A DNA stretch of 64,000 nucleotides from Takakia lepidozioides (GCA_030704615.1 CM060731.1:21948001-22012000), one strand, 5' to 3'; shown: positions 12,130 to 25,459, counted from the stretch's first letter. A program made the numbers and translations. Notes: generated from the sequence alone by a model not told the origin.

Positions 12130-12366
12130 ATGGGAGGAGGAAATGGACAGAAAGCCAAGATGGCCCGGGAAAAGAATGCTGAGAGAGAAAGGCAGGCTGG
12201 TAAAGGCAGCCAGCTAGATTCCAACAAGAAGGCCATGACCATACAGTGCAAGGTGTGCATGCAGACTTTCATGTGCACCACAAGCGAGGTCAAGTGCAAA
12301 GAACATGCGGAAGCGAAGCATCCCAAGTCCGACCTTGTGGCATGTTTTCCTCATCTCAAAAAGTAG
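12130..12366 (+). CDS. Small C2H2 zinc-finger protein, ZNF706/At2g23090-like (4F5-related), 78 aa, intronless
   Basis: MGGGNGQKAKMAREKN..IQCKVCMQTFMCTTSEVKCKEHAEAKHPK..CFPHLKK; intact ORF. Confidence 0.93.
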   Translation: MGGGNGQKAKMAREKNAERERQAGKGSQLDSNKKAMTIQCKVCMQTFMCTTSEVKCKEHAEAKHPKSDLVACFPHLKK

Positions 12367-13890
12367 TGAGTTCGGTCACAATTCGAAGAAGAATCTGCTC
12401 CATGGTATGGAGTTTATAGTCGAAATACTAGCTGCTGAGTGTAAGAGGCCTTTGTCAAGTGTATTTTCTGTTGGGCTTGCAGTCACCGAATTTTTTCTTC
12501 TGGGATGTGCTCTGAAAGAACCCTTTCAACGTTAGAATCATCTGACGGATGTTCAGACAGGTAGTGTTTGCTGCTGGAAGTGTCAGTGGCTACTTCCATT
12601 TCGGAGAGCCTCTGGATACAGAATAAAGTTTTGTCGTGGGGAAATCGTAGTCGTCGTAAGCATGGAGTTATCTAGCAATTTGGCGTAGTGATACGTGTGA
12701 GATTCATCTTGCTTGTCGTTATTGACACTCTTCTCTCTCCCTCTCTATCTTTGTCTCTCTCTGTCGGCGCCTAGAAATGGCTACCACCCTGGGTCCTTTG
12801 CTCTTCCCTCGCTCTGGTGTTCAGGCAAGGATATCCGTCAGTGGAAACTTGAAGACTTGAAGGTAGATATGCTTTGTGTATTTGCTATTTACCATAATAC
12901 TACACAGTTCTTTGTGGGTAATTTTGAGTGTTGGTTAGCAAATTGTTTCAAGTAGCCAGGAAGTCTCCATCACAGTGCAGCATCATTCTTAAGCATAAGT
13001 CATGGGGAGCCGTAAGCGTTGATGGATGAAGTTCATATGCCTTCCTAAAAGGTCATGGACATGAATGCATCCTGCTCCGGCTCATATTGTGAAATTGCCA
13101 AACGGGCACAGGCTTCACATGCTAGTACCAGGATTTCACTCCACCATGGACAGAGGTAGCTATGGTGAACTGCTTTGACGTCTCTGCTGCTGCGCTTGGA
13201 CCCAACTTGAATGGGAATGGTAAGAGTGATGCTCATCCCTCCTATACCAAAGTAATTTTCCAATTTGTTCCTGCACATAGCTTTCATCTACTTCTGCAAT
13301 CCTTTGTGAAGAACTAACATGGACATGAAGGAACAAGACATAACCCATCTGTAGCTTTCTGTGGTAGCTATCCATGCCAGATGACTATGGAATGACTGAC
13401 TGGAAGTTTGCTTGATCTCAAAACTAGACTCTGTAACTGCTTCTACCACTAGTTTGGGGCAAAAAGCTTCACAATATCGCATTCTTGTTGAGGAACCTCT
13501 CCAGAGGTACAGTGGTGGTTACACAATTTCAGCATGGCAGATTTAAGATAAAGGCTAGTGTCAATGGGGCGTGACCATGCCTCTTTTGCCCCTCACACAG
13601 CACACTTTGTTGCCAAGCGCAATTTCTTGGCACACATGGGAATTAAAATCAAATTTAGTGGTCACTGTCAAAGGTAATGGCAGAGAGAGAGTGTGTGGCT
13701 CTTTGATTATCTTTGCCTTTATAGCTGTCCTGGATTTGCTCAGGTGGTTTATAGACGTTGTCTGAGATGGAGATAGGGAGAGGGAGGGAGGCTACATGCT
13801 GCTGGCTCATGGCAATGGAGACCAGGAGGAAACTTTATAGCTGGGCTGGGTTTGTTCAGGTAATAAGGACCTTGTCTGATGATCTGAATT

Positions 13891-13891
<1 letters not shown>

Positions 13892-13928
<37 letters not shown>

Positions 13929-14167
13929 GGGGGGGGGGGGGGGGGAAGAGGAGAGGTTGGCAGTTGAGACCGGCAGAAATCTTTTTGACACTCAAATCCG
14001 AACCTACCGCAACGGTCTTGTACCTTCTGTCAGGTGATGAGGTGAGAGAGAGAGAGAGGGGGGGGGGAAGGGGAAAGGTTGGCAGTTGAGACCGGCAGAA
14101 ATCTTTTTGACACTCAAATCCGAACCTACTGCAACGTTCTTTTACCTTCTGTCAGGTTATGAGGTGA
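13892..14167 (-). repeat. Two tandem ~90-bp units, each preceded by (GA)n and a poly-G run; probable retroposon 3' ends
   Basis: aggttggcagttgagaccggcagaaatctttttgacactcaaatccgaacctac..ctgtcagg occurs at ~13954 and ~14077. A related tggcagttgag follows GA/G runs at ~24980. Confidence 0.75.
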
Positions 14168-15370
14168 AGGATAAAACAGACCATGTGTTGGATATCAGCA
14201 TTGAAAAATGTGGTTTTCATGCTGAGCAGCTCAATGCTTACTAATAAAACTGAAGTTAATGGAGAGTATGCCCCTGTTGTCATAATGGACAGTGAAACCA
14301 ACAATTTTCCATAAGAAAGTTATCATAGTAAGAGAGAGAGAGAGATGCACCCTTGAGAGCTTGATGAGTCCACTCTCAACGCTGATGTAACACAAAACTG
14401 ACCCTCCGAGCATTGGTAAAAGAGTACCCACAGTCTTCAGTTGATGAGGTGCAGCACCTCCAAGCTGGAACCCAGATAACTGCAAATTGCGTATGTTGCT
14501 GCTCACGATGAATGCTTACAGTGGTGGGTGTGGAAGGGATCTACTTCCTGCAGCATCAAGAAGCCACCGTGATGATGATGGACGTCTGGAGCACACGTGT
14601 GGATGATTTCATGTTCATTTTCTTGAAGGTTTCGAAAGCCGCCCCATGTGCATGGATCATGCCGGTGACTTTCTTCAAGAGATTGCAACCAATGTGGCTC
14701 CATAGATGCTGACAGATGTGGCTATCAAGATGGGACTCGTGTGCACCGAGCTACAGATTTATGGCTTCTTCTATGCCTGCTTATGCTCCTCTCATCTTGT
14801 TTAACCAGTGGCTACACTGTGTCACCACAGTGTAGCCAAGATACGAATAAGGACACCGATATGGTCAGAGATAGTATTTTGCGGGATTAAAAAGAAAGTA
14901 TGATTGTAGATGAAGAGAGAGCGCTGCTCTGGCCTATTTGGTAGTAAGGTGTAGTAAGGTGCTACGGCTACGGATCCAGTTACCTTACCAAATTTGTATG
15001 AAAATTTCGTGTAAAGAAACCGTTGTGTCCTGAGGCATACCATTGTGCCCTGCCTCGTGTAGGGTGCTGCAGCCCTGACTCTACTGGTTTTGTTGCTTTC
15101 TTCTTTACCTGTTTGCGCAGCCTCAGTTAGGACTATCGGTTTGGAATTAGTAGTTTGTGTAGGTGTTTCGAGCCTTCAGTCTCTGTTAGGGTCTGGTTTT
15201 CAGGTCGCCGTTTCATCCACCCATGGACCGGCATGCTGCTTGGTGCCTCCGATCCTACAGGAACAAGGAGATGTTGCTCCTTGGAAAGTCTTGAAGTGAT
15301 GGTGTCCAGGCTGTGCTAGGTACCGCTGATGGAGTTGGGTACACGTCAGTACGGTGTGCATCTGTAAGCT

Positions 15371-18300
15371 ATGGTTTTTGGTCTGGGATCCAAGAGTCAG
15401 AAGGGAACCGCTGTGAAAATCGAGTTCGACATCCTCTTGCAAGAGATTAAGCCATGGCAAGCAGCAGAGTCTTCACGTGCACCCACCCCAGTAATTATGT
15501 CGTGGAACAGAGGTGACAAGCGCTCTGGGACCACCAAAACCGTGGTGCCTCTGATCGGGGGCCCCGATGGTGGCAAAATTGCTTTCAATGAAGGTTTTAA
15601 ACTGCCAGCCACACTGTTTGAAAAACAAGGGGGAAATACATCAGGAAGCTTTCAGAGGAAATGTGTAGTATTCACGCTTCATGAGGATCCCTCAAAAAGC
15701 ATAAAAATTAGTAGACCTCTAGCAAGTGCCGAGGTTAATCTAGCTGATTATGGAAGCTTGGAAACTACTATCGATACAAGCATCCCCTTAGTTGTGGGGA
15801 AGAGTGGGCCTAAAGACGGTGGGACTCCAACCCTGTACTTCAGAATTAGTGCTCAGAGAAGGGGCAATCCCACTGTGTCAGTCTTCACTGGTAGTTTGAT
15901 GGGCTCTTCTGCGATCAACAGTACACCGCCTGCCATGGATGATGAGTCAAGGAACTCTCTAGTGGGGGCACTCATAAGTGATGATGAAGATGCAAACGAT
16001 AATGACGAAATTGACTCTTTTACTGATGAGGACTCTCCGCGCAGTTCCATTTCGCCTTCAGAGACAAGATACGAGTCCAATCGGGATAAGCTATTTTCGC
16101 GCAGTTTTCTGATCCCATCTGATACAATAAAAAAGACTGAATCTTCAGCCAATGTAGCAGTGAAATCAGACTCTTCTACACCTAAACCATCATCAATTCA
16201 AAGTTCTGGCAGTTTGTCTAAAGACAAGGTAAGACCCTGACTCTTCAAGGCCGCCTTTAAATGTATGGAGACTATGCTATTTCATCAAATTGCAAATATC
16301 AATATTATGAATTTCAATGGTAGTTCATACCTGGCTTCACATTCTGAGCCAGAGTTTGAGATGTAACAGTTGTATGTGTGATGGGCCCAGAATGTTATGG
16401 ACATCACTGGGAGCAAGAGTGATTTTTTGAGGTTGACTGAGGATTATGATAAGCCACACAAGGTTGTAGGTCCAAAGCTGCATCCACCTCCAGGAAAATC
16501 TGTGGCAGCAGTTGCAGCTGCAGGAAAATCTGTCCTAGCAGCAGCAGCAGCTGCAAGTAAATCTGCAGCAGCAGCAGCAGCTGCTGCATATGCATCAAGG
16601 AAAGAAGCAAGATCAAGGGATGGGGGCTCATGGGGGAGTTTGTCATTCGGCCTGTCCACAGAACCCACGAGCCCCGAGCCCTCAGATGGTTTTATGAGTC
16701 CAGGAAGCTCAAATGGGGCTCAATCACCAGTCATTGGACTACAAACACCTGCTATATCTTCACCATCTGCCAAAGCAGCAGTGCCTACTCCAGTGGTTTT
16801 TATGCCTCAACTAGCAACCTCAGAAGTCATGGCTGGGTCACAGGAGCATAAGGGTTTTGATGACAAGAGTGATGGGAGAAGTAGTAGCGTCCTCGGTGAA
16901 GCTAGGGCAAAGCTTGCTATGGTTGAGAAAAAAGCCATAGAGGAATTGAGGATGAAAGTGGCAGCTGCAGAGGCTAAGGCTGCATCTAATCAAGAGAAGG
17001 GTGAGGAGAGAGCTCGGCAGCTAGAGCAGAAGTTGATGATGCTGGAAGATGAGCTCAGGGATTCAGCAGCCATTGAGGTTGCTTTGTATTCAGTTGTGGC
17101 TGAACATGGGAGCTCTTCCCATAAAGTTCACACACCTGCCCGCCGCCTGGCAAGGCTTTATATCCATGGCTTCAGAAACTGGAGCCTGGAGAGGAGAGCA
17201 AACTCCGCGAGGAATTCTGTGTCTGGACTTATTGTGGTTTCACGAGCCTGTGGGACTGATGTTCCAAGGTTCATTCTGTCACCTTCCATATCTCACATTT
17301 AATGTATGTACATCTTTTTCAATCATGACAGGCTTTTCATTGTTTTGTTTCGGGTTGACAATGTAAGTAGGGAAAAAGCCTGCAGTAGTTTGTAAGTCAT
17401 TTTTCGGTAGCCTCCAGAGGTACGAAGTATGTGGAATTATCTTTGGCATTCATACAACCACTTAACACTGACACCAATACTAGTGAATGTTGCTTCTTGG
17501 AGAATACTTTTGAGCTTTGCTCTGTTCGCATGCTCATGCATCCAGGTTGACCTACTGGTTGTCGAACATCGTTGTTTTAAGAGAGACGGTCATGCAGGCC
17601 TGTAACTTTGAATACACAGCCGGGGGCAGAGAGGCAGAGGGTGATGCTTCCAGAAGCAATCCAGACGGAAATAGTGTTGCAGCTCAAGCCTGGCAGTCAC
17701 AACTGAAAGAGAGTTTTTCCAGCCAAGACAGAAGCCATCTGTTAAGTCCAAAAGGAGTGATAAATAATTGGGGAGAATGTAGCACATTTGTTACTGCCCT
17801 TCTACGAGTTGAGGCTTGGTGTCATGGAAGAACTCTGGAGTGTGTATGGTGGAAGGTGCGGCATCTAACCTTCTTTCTTGTTTTTGGACACATGGATGTT
17901 CTTCGAAGTTATGTGAAGGCAGCAGTTGGTTTGTGCTCGCTGGCATGTCCAGAGCATAATTGTAATCTCGTACTGCTAGTGTCTATGCCACTGCTTTCAC
18001 ATAGCTGATAATTTAGGGTTTGTCTTGCTGAACATAGTGTAAGCTGTTTCTGCTACACCATTGCTTTACACCATGGCACATCAGTGGGTGTTACCAAGCC
18101 CTCCTCTATTTGAACATCCGGAATATGCGATACTCACATGGTTGAAATGAAATCAGTTATATGTTCAGCCAGGACTTGGCATAAACATGACTATTGGATG
18201 AAAAGAGACATTGAAAATTCTGAATGTCTTCACCCAATCTGAAGCCCAAGCAGTGGACGGCACATGGGAAGAAGCAACAAGAAGGAGATGCGACCAGAAG

Positions 18301-21300
18301 GCCTGCTCCAGCTGTTACATAAGATTGTAGTCTGGGTAATGGCTGCGTCTGTCCTGGCCAATTCACTTAGTATCTATGGCCAACCTTATGTTTCAGCTTC
18401 TGATGGTTTCTTTTGATGTCATCTGCAGGCAATGACCCCCCCTATGCAGATTGGAGGCATTAACCCTCCTGTAAACTCAAAGGGTACTAGCTTTGTGGAT
18501 GTGAAGGGAGAATTGAACAAGCTTGCTGGAAAAATGAAGGATGGTCTTGGCGAGTTTGCTGGTGATGTTAAAGAATTTTTCACGAAAGAAAGAGCTGATT
18601 CCACTCTTTCACAGCTAGGAGATAGCCGCCAGGGAAACATCTGTGTTGAGATATGGAAGAAGGCGTTTACAGATGCTCAAAATCGACTTTGTCCTCTTCA
18701 AGGGAATGGTCATGAATGTGGCTGCTTGCCAATGCTTAGCAGGATGGTGGGTCTTATCTACGAGTTTACAATTCTTAAATGTGCATTATGTGTGTGCTTA
18801 AAAGGGGAGTCCCAATGCAGTAGGATTAGGATTGCTTGAGGAGACTTCCAGGTGTAGCACTTCAATCATGCAAATCAGAGTGTGCCCAAAGCTGGACTCT
18901 GGACAAGTATCACTTTCATTGGGGATGGTCCAATGGGAGTCCTGTGGCGTTGCTGTGCCATTAAACCTTCCAGACGTACTAGTTAGGCATGCATGGAGAG
19001 AAGTTGGTGCATCTAGGTACTTTCTGGAAAAATGAAAAGAATGAATAAGCTTGAGGTAGCTGACTGGTTTATCAAATGCTTATTGTATGGGCATTGTGAT
19101 AGTTTATGTACATTCATGCCATTAATTGCCATTTATCCTTAATCTATGTATCCTTATAGAAGTAGAACAACTGTGTCCGGGGGCTGCAGATAATTGAAGA
19201 GTGTGCAGAGAGACTGGATGTCGCTATGTTCAATGGGATTATGCGACACCCAGAAGATGATTCTCCTACGGATCCCCTTGCGGACCCAATCACAGATCTT
19301 TCGGTCCTTCCCATTCCCATTGGACGCCTTACCTTTGGAGCTGGCTCTCAACTGAAGAATGTTGTAGGTTTTCTTGCCTACTATAACTTGTTTCTTGGAG
19401 CACATCTGTCTTATGAAGCTGTCATGCAGGCATCTCAATGAGAGAGGGCCACATTTTCACCAAGTTCTGGTGGTCTGCAGGAGCCAGAGTTCTACCATGA
19501 CAGACTTGCCTACATGACGATAAGTGAATTAACATTTACACCAAACTGAAGTAACAAATAAGAAGAATTTACTAAATTAGCGGCAGAAAACTTTCTCATC
19601 TTTCATCCCTCACATACAGTGTTATGCAGGTAGTGACATGGTCGACATGGCTATCGGCTCTTGTCAGTATCAAAGATCCAACTCCTGAGACTAGTGTTGA
19701 ACCAGATACTGCATTGCGGCCTGGGAGTCCTGATGGTGAAGAGAAAGGGCCACCTAAACTGTACAATTTACTGAAGGCAACAGGGGATCTCCTGATGCTG
19801 CCTAAAGACATTCTCTCGGACATGGCTACGAGGAGAGAGGTACTGTGGTTACCTCGTTACTGGAAACTTCTGCACTAATTGTGAGAAAAACTAGGGTAGT
19901 GAAGCAGTAAACACTGGGTACCAGTATGGTTGATTCTGTTGTGTTACATAGCCACAGTAGAAGTCGTGGCTGATGAAACCTGCAAATATTGTAAATCCTG
20001 AAAAGCAAAAGGCTCGGAACTCTATCCCTGGCATAGTGGTTGGAAGCCAGTTTCTAGTATCTGGAGACTACAAAACAGAAATAAGTTGAAGCAAAAGAGA
20101 GAGGCCACTACTGATAAATATGTATCATTCCTTCTACCTCAAAATTGCATCCTATAAAACGGGGAGACCGAAGTTGCGGTGCCCTTTGAGACAAAACTAC
20201 GTGCCTGATAGGTGTGTACATCCAGGCGGCCAGAAAGGAAGCTGAGAAAGCCACTACTTTCTTTATCCTGCTTAGAGCAGCAGGGGATCTGTTGATGCTG
20301 CCAAAAGACATGCTCATGGACAAATCTGTGAGGAAAGAGGTATCATTGCTTGCTACTGCTGTCTCATAATTTTCTCTTACAAACACAACTTCTCATTACT
20401 CCTTCCAGCTTTTTGGAAGAATCTTCCAAATTATTCGCTAGCCTTCAACCGAGTTACCCATAATATCTTAGCTATTCCAATTCAAGATTGATAACGCTAA
20501 CCATGCCCTCAATCTCTCTAGTCAAAGTGTATATAGTTTGTCACTTGGTGCCTGCACGGACTTGTACTACGACAGATGTGGCCAGCTAGCACAGCTAAAA
20601 AAGCTAGGTGTAAGAAAATGACATTGAAAGCGATCAGGATGATGGCCAACGCATTTTGATTACACATAGAGTAAGTGTGATCTAGTTGTTCTCATCTCTC
20701 ATGATGGGTTGCCAGGTTTGTCCAACGCTGAGCTTACCCCTCATACGACGGATTCTGTACAACTATGTGCCTGATGAGTTCTCTCCCGACCCCATCTCAC
20801 CTGCCCTTTTGGCTGCCATTAATGCTGAGGTATGTGTCCACAACTATAATAGGTGGGATTATGGATGGCTTAATTTGAAGTGGCTGAATGGTGGGATTGC
20901 GAAACAGTTCTGCTATACTTGATATTTATGAATTTGTCCTGTTTTAACACAAAGTGACCTTGTATTTGGCTTTAAAGGCAGGGTATTTTGGAAAACTTGG
21001 AACACTGCACTCCGTCATCAGGCAAGTCTTGTTAGCTTCTGCCAGGAAGCAGAAGGATTTACTGGGGCATTTGAAAATTGTTGAAGTTTCCTGTCAAAAC
21101 TTGGAAGTGTTCTTGCTGGTAGAGCTCCTCTTAATGTTAGGAAGCGCAAAGAAAGGTTCTTCTGTTGAGACTTCTCCCTTGGAAGAGAATTCATGAACCA
21201 CTAACTTTAGAGAGCGGTTAATCTAGAGCTCCACGGACTAGGGGTGCTGTTAATTTTTTAAGTTGGTGCAACATTCGGGTTTCTAGCAAATCTACAGGCA

Positions 21301-21792
21301 GGTGGCTGCACTTTGACTCATGGGATTGAGATCCCCGTCTCCAGCAGAGCCTGCTAGCTGGTCTTCCTAGTGGGACGAGCCACCTGACATGACTCCATGC
21401 ATGCATATCTCATACAGGTGTCAATAGAAAGGCAGAAGCAAGGTTTTGCAGACATGAGCCTGGATGATGTTGCCATGGCACCTGTACCTACAGTAGTTTA
21501 CATCCCGCCTTCTTCAAGCTTTGTAAGGCTTTGGATTGGGGAGCCCCCTGGAGCGGCTGAGTGGGGCAAGCATACGTCTTCACTTTTGCGGAAGGGGTAT
21601 ACCAGTGACGATGAATTGGACGAATTCCTAATCCCCCTAGCAATGTTGCAAGAACTAAATAAGTCACATCACGGCAGGGAGTTGCAGGGCAGTGTGATCC
21701 TAACTGAGGCTTCAGACGCAAACAGTAAGATGGAGGAGTGCGGGGTGGCCAGTCGCTACCATCTGCTAAAGGAGGTGTGGGGGACCCAATGA
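15371..21792 (+). CDS. NT-C2 (EEIG1/EHBP1) + coiled-coil + DIL-like domain protein, ~1078 aa; exons 15371-16228, 16391-17268, 17546-17855, 18429-18746, 19190-19363, 19630-19839, 20716-20829, 21418-21792
   Basis: N-terminal IxLQEIKPW..WNRGDKRSG..VNLADYG. Conserved plant motifs EVALYSVVAEHGSSSHKVHTPARRLARLY, RLTYWLSN, HECGCLP, LLMLPKD, YVPDEFSPDP, RYHLLKEVW. All GT-AG and in frame (3237 nt). Confidence 0.9.
20212..20339 (+). other. Duplicated alternative exon paralogous to the 3' half of exon 6
   Basis: FILLRAAGDLLMLPKDMLMDKSVRKE|gt versus YNLLKATGDLLMLPKDILSDMATRRE|gt. Candidate acceptors at 20211 (phase 1) and 20225 (phase 0). Confidence 0.75.
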
Positions 21793-23400
21793 TTTACTTC
21801 ACCAATTTTGACCTGTTGATTGTGTTTGCAGGCTGTTTGTTCCTGTAATATTTTGTCTTCCTTTTTGGTTTCTTTGAGATGAGTTTTGGTGGATGTTTGT
21901 GCATCAACTCTTCATCTTGGACCAGGTTCTTCTCTCACTTCAGAGTAGGCAACCTGCTGCCCGTGCATACGCCTCATGTGTGCATCAAGAGTGTTCAGGT
22001 CTACAACCGTCCATGGAACACTTGTGCCGTGCGTACTCTGCAAACTAGGAGGGCCTTCCTACTCTTGACATCTAGCAGTGTTGAGCTTTGTATATCGCCA
22101 GGCGTTATCTTCACCTTTTATCTCAGAAGATTACATACCTAGGCCTCACTTCCAAACTTTCTCAACTACTCTCCATGCGTGAGATACGAACCTCATGGAA
22201 CATCAGTTTGCCTGGATTCTGAAATAAAATTGTGGAGTTTGAGACATTGATATCTTTCTTGTATTTTGCTGGCAACCTGTACAGTGCTAAGAAGAAGACT
22301 TCTAAAGAGTTAGAAGCAAAAATCAATTGGCAGCAGGTCTGCAGTTGTACTGCAATGCCACAAAGGAGGGAAAGGCAAGCAAAATACTGCTCATGCCCAT
22401 GAGTGCTACAAGTCGAGAGATATACAATTGCAGTCCAGCAAGCAAAAGTCTGTGAGTCGGTCACATGCAAAAGTGTATGTGAGGATATCTGCCAACCAAG
22501 TACAAAGGGCATGGACCTTTGGGCATGCATGCCAAACATGGTGTGTGTCGCAGTAGAAGCTAATCGATGTCAGAGTGTTGGTGGCATACTGGCATGGGTT
22601 GGACAGCGTACCGAAGTATGTAACTGAGAGTGTGAATACAGACAAGGTTAGCTAGTTGATGTTTGTGCGTGGCTGGTCTCCATGGATTTCAATTCCTTCC
22701 CCTCCGTGATGGTGGGCGTGACAAGACTCAACTTGCCCCAACTGCGATGCCCCACCCCAGCATTGATTCCAGAAATCAAACTCCGCCACCCTGCACGACA
22801 AAGAATATTACCTACCATCTAATGTTGGGCACTGGGTGTTATTGTGAGAAAGAATAAGGCTGTCCTTGAAACAAGCCCGTCATTGAGGTAGATTGCTAGG
22901 AAAAAATGAGGTTCAAAAGTTGAAATCGGAGCTACTCAGAGGTTGCTTTGCGAACAACCCTACACACACCCAATTTCACCTACATACATTAGCTACACAA
23001 CGTGATGCAAACTCACTTCCAACCTCTGGGCCACTTGAGTTCCCCACACTCAGAATTGAGCATCCCCTGTGTGTTGCAACTGTATGGTGCACCCCTACTC
23101 AAAGGGAAAGAATGAAGTGAAGTAATCATAAAGAGTTCCACTAGAGTGCCTTTGAGTACCTGAGTTCTTCAATTGGAAGCTCATTTGATGCATCTCCTTG
23201 TCAGGCACCTGAATCTCTTTGCAGTAAGACCGCAAATCCATGGCAGATCTTGAGGTTTAGATCCGACCTGCGTTTTTGGAATCTTATTATCACCTTCGCT
23301 TTCACAGGAAAAGTAAGCTCATGAGGAAAACGATTCTCTGCAACTGGTTGTAGTGTAATGGAGAAATGGGCAAATATCTACCCATCCAAGGAAAAAGCAA

Positions 23401-24033
23401 CTATACATTCTCAGGCCAAAATTCTCTGAAGAACTCCCGACTGAATGCCTGCTCTTCTTCTTGCTGTGCCCTATGCTGTGCCCTAGCACGGGATTTTTTG
23501 GCATTCTTGGACAAACCCTTCTCCCCTTCTGTCTCCACCTCTCCGCCACCATGTCTTTTCTCAGGCAAGGCCACCATCATCCCCTTCTCTTTCTCGGCTC
23601 CAATGCCCCGCCTATCATGCTTTACGTGGGTATTCACTGGATCCAATCTGCCCTGCTCATTCACGCCGAGTCCAGTCCCCTCCTTCCAGCCCGACTTCTT
23701 CAACAGCTTGAGGCCAATGTTTGATGCTGGGAAGTTGTTGGTAGCAACTGTATTGGATGGACTATAGCCATCCATTGCAGCAACCACCATGTCCTGGTTA
23801 GAGCTTTCAGAAGCCCGTGACGAATTGACAGCTGATGACCACCTGAGGTTTGAAGGTAGGCCAACAAGGTTGCTGTAGAAAGTGGTAACATCTTCAGAAT
23901 TGATGGGTGCCATGCCTTGTGTATCCACACTACCCTTCCTCCTTCTCATTGCTGCAGGGGCAGCTTCACCTCCCTTCACAAAGGTTGTATCAATAGGGAC
24001 GCTTGATTGATCCATGCTTGGAGACTTCCGCAT
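23401..24033 (-). CDS. G-patch (D111) domain protein, 210 aa, single-exon CDS
   Basis: SNIGLKLLKKSGWKEGTGLGVNEQGRLDPV..RRGIG; C-terminal FFREFWPENV. Confidence 0.88.
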   Translation of the reverse strand: MRKSPSMDQSSVPIDTTFVKGGEAAPAAMRRRKGSVDTQGMAPINSEDVTTFYSNLVGLPSNLRWSSAVNSSRASESSNQDMVVAAMDGYSPSNTVATNNFPASNIGLKLLKKSGWKEGTGLGVNEQGRLDPVNTHVKHDRRGIGAEKEKGMMVALPEKRHGGGEVETEGEKGLSKNAKKSRARAQHRAQQEEEQAFSREFFREFWPENV

Positions 24034-24452
24034 CCTTGCAAGCAATTACCTCCGCCAGACGCCAAACCCCCTTTGCTCAAAGAAGTCCAAGTGAGGAAAA
24101 TTCTAAACTAAAAAACTATAAGCAAGAATACCTGACAAGATAGTGCCAGATTCTCTCCTGCAAATCTGAAGTTAACTGGCGACATCCTAGGAGCTTTAGG
24201 AAAGGGAAGTCTAAGCCCCATCTATCCTCTGAGCCTTCTAAACCCTAAGAGAGGTACCGTTTGATTGTGCCCGTCTTTCTCTTTCGTCTGTCTTCTAGTC
24301 TCTTGCTGCTGGCAAGATTATTTTTTCCTTGCCTTTTAATCTATTTCAGGGCCACTCAGCCACTGTCCCTTTTTCTTTAAAAAACAAAAAACACAGGAAA
24401 CGCTGGAAGCAGTGTGAGGGCCCACGGTGAGGCCTTTCTCACTGTGAGTGTT
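24034..24452. promoter_or_regulatory. Probable bidirectional promoter between the G-patch gene and BLOS2, with a telo-box
   Basis: ATGs are divergent and 419 bp apart; AAACCCTAA at 24240-24248. Confidence 0.5.
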
Positions 24453-25459
24453 ATGGAAACTTGTAGCAGTTCTGCAGTAGAGATCACAGGGGAGGCATCG
24501 TCTTCGAAGAATGATGCAGCAGAACCACCTAGGGCAGAAGATCTCGCGCAGCCAAGTGGTCCGCTGGCTAAGGCTTTACACAAACTATTTCTTAATGTTG
24601 CATCCCTGGTGCAAGGAGAGCTCCAGGTTCTCTCTTCCTCTCCCTCTGGATCTCTCTATCTTTTTTATTGGTACCGGATTGCACTACTCTCTATCTTCTT
24701 CTTTTTTGTGTCTCTGTCCGTCACACGTGCAAGCACAGCCACATCATAATCAACCTCATGATTTGCAGTTACTGTCAATGCCAGTGCAGTTCATATAGGG
24801 TAACGCTGAATTGTGAAAATAGTCAGCTGTGTGAGAGCGGCAGTTCCATTCTGAATTGTCAAAGTTGGTGTCTTTCCTTCAGTGAGGCTCACCATTTCGT
24901 ACTCTATTGGAGTTTTTGGTCACACCATTCAAGGGAAGTGGAGGAGAGGGGGGGGGGGGAGAGAAGAGAGAGAGGATCCTGGCAGTTGAGAATCCCTGCG
25001 GGTTTATATCCTGAGGCTCCTGACCCAAAGGAAGGTGTAGGAGTCTTTTGTGGGAACTAGTTTGGTGTTCACTGGTACCACAGAAAGCGTGTTGTGCTTG
25101 GCCAATGTTCCACTGGACTTCTTGTTTTCCATAATCTTGGCTCCAACGTGCTTTCTCATGCTGGAGGTGTGGGTTTGAAATACCAGGCCACGAACAGCGA
25201 ATACGAGCTGCTGGAAAATATGAATCTAAGAGTAGCGAGCGAGTACGATAATCAGGCTGATTTTGCTGCCGGACTTCGTGTCTTTGTAGAGAGATTGAAG
25301 CAAAAGAATGAGAGTTTTGGTGATTATCTTCAACAAATTGATGAGATTGACCAGGAGGTGACTGAACTGGAAGCCTTGGTTTCCACCCTTGATAATTACA
25401 CTAGCAACTTGGAAGCCAAGATAAAGGCTGCCTGTGGTGACCCCCGGAGGTTCAGTTGA
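24453..25459 (+). CDS. BLOS2: BLOC-1 subunit 2, 148 aa; exons 24453-24626 and 25187-25459
   Basis: LFLNVASLVQGELQ|ATNSEYELLENMNLRVASEY..AAGLRVFVE..LEALVSTLDNYTSNLEAKIK; phase-0 GT-AG intron. Confidence 0.9.

Noticed and set aside
12778-14790. Decayed gene (MATTLGPLLFPRSG.. and coding-like blocks near 13160-13510 and 14510-14790)
   Set aside because: Stops present and no recognisable family; cannot be supported.
21879-23120. Short ORFs between the NT-C2/DIL and G-patch genes, and similar 60-140 aa ORFs elsewhere
   Set aside because: No motifs or splice support; most are non-ATG or antisense shadows of real features.
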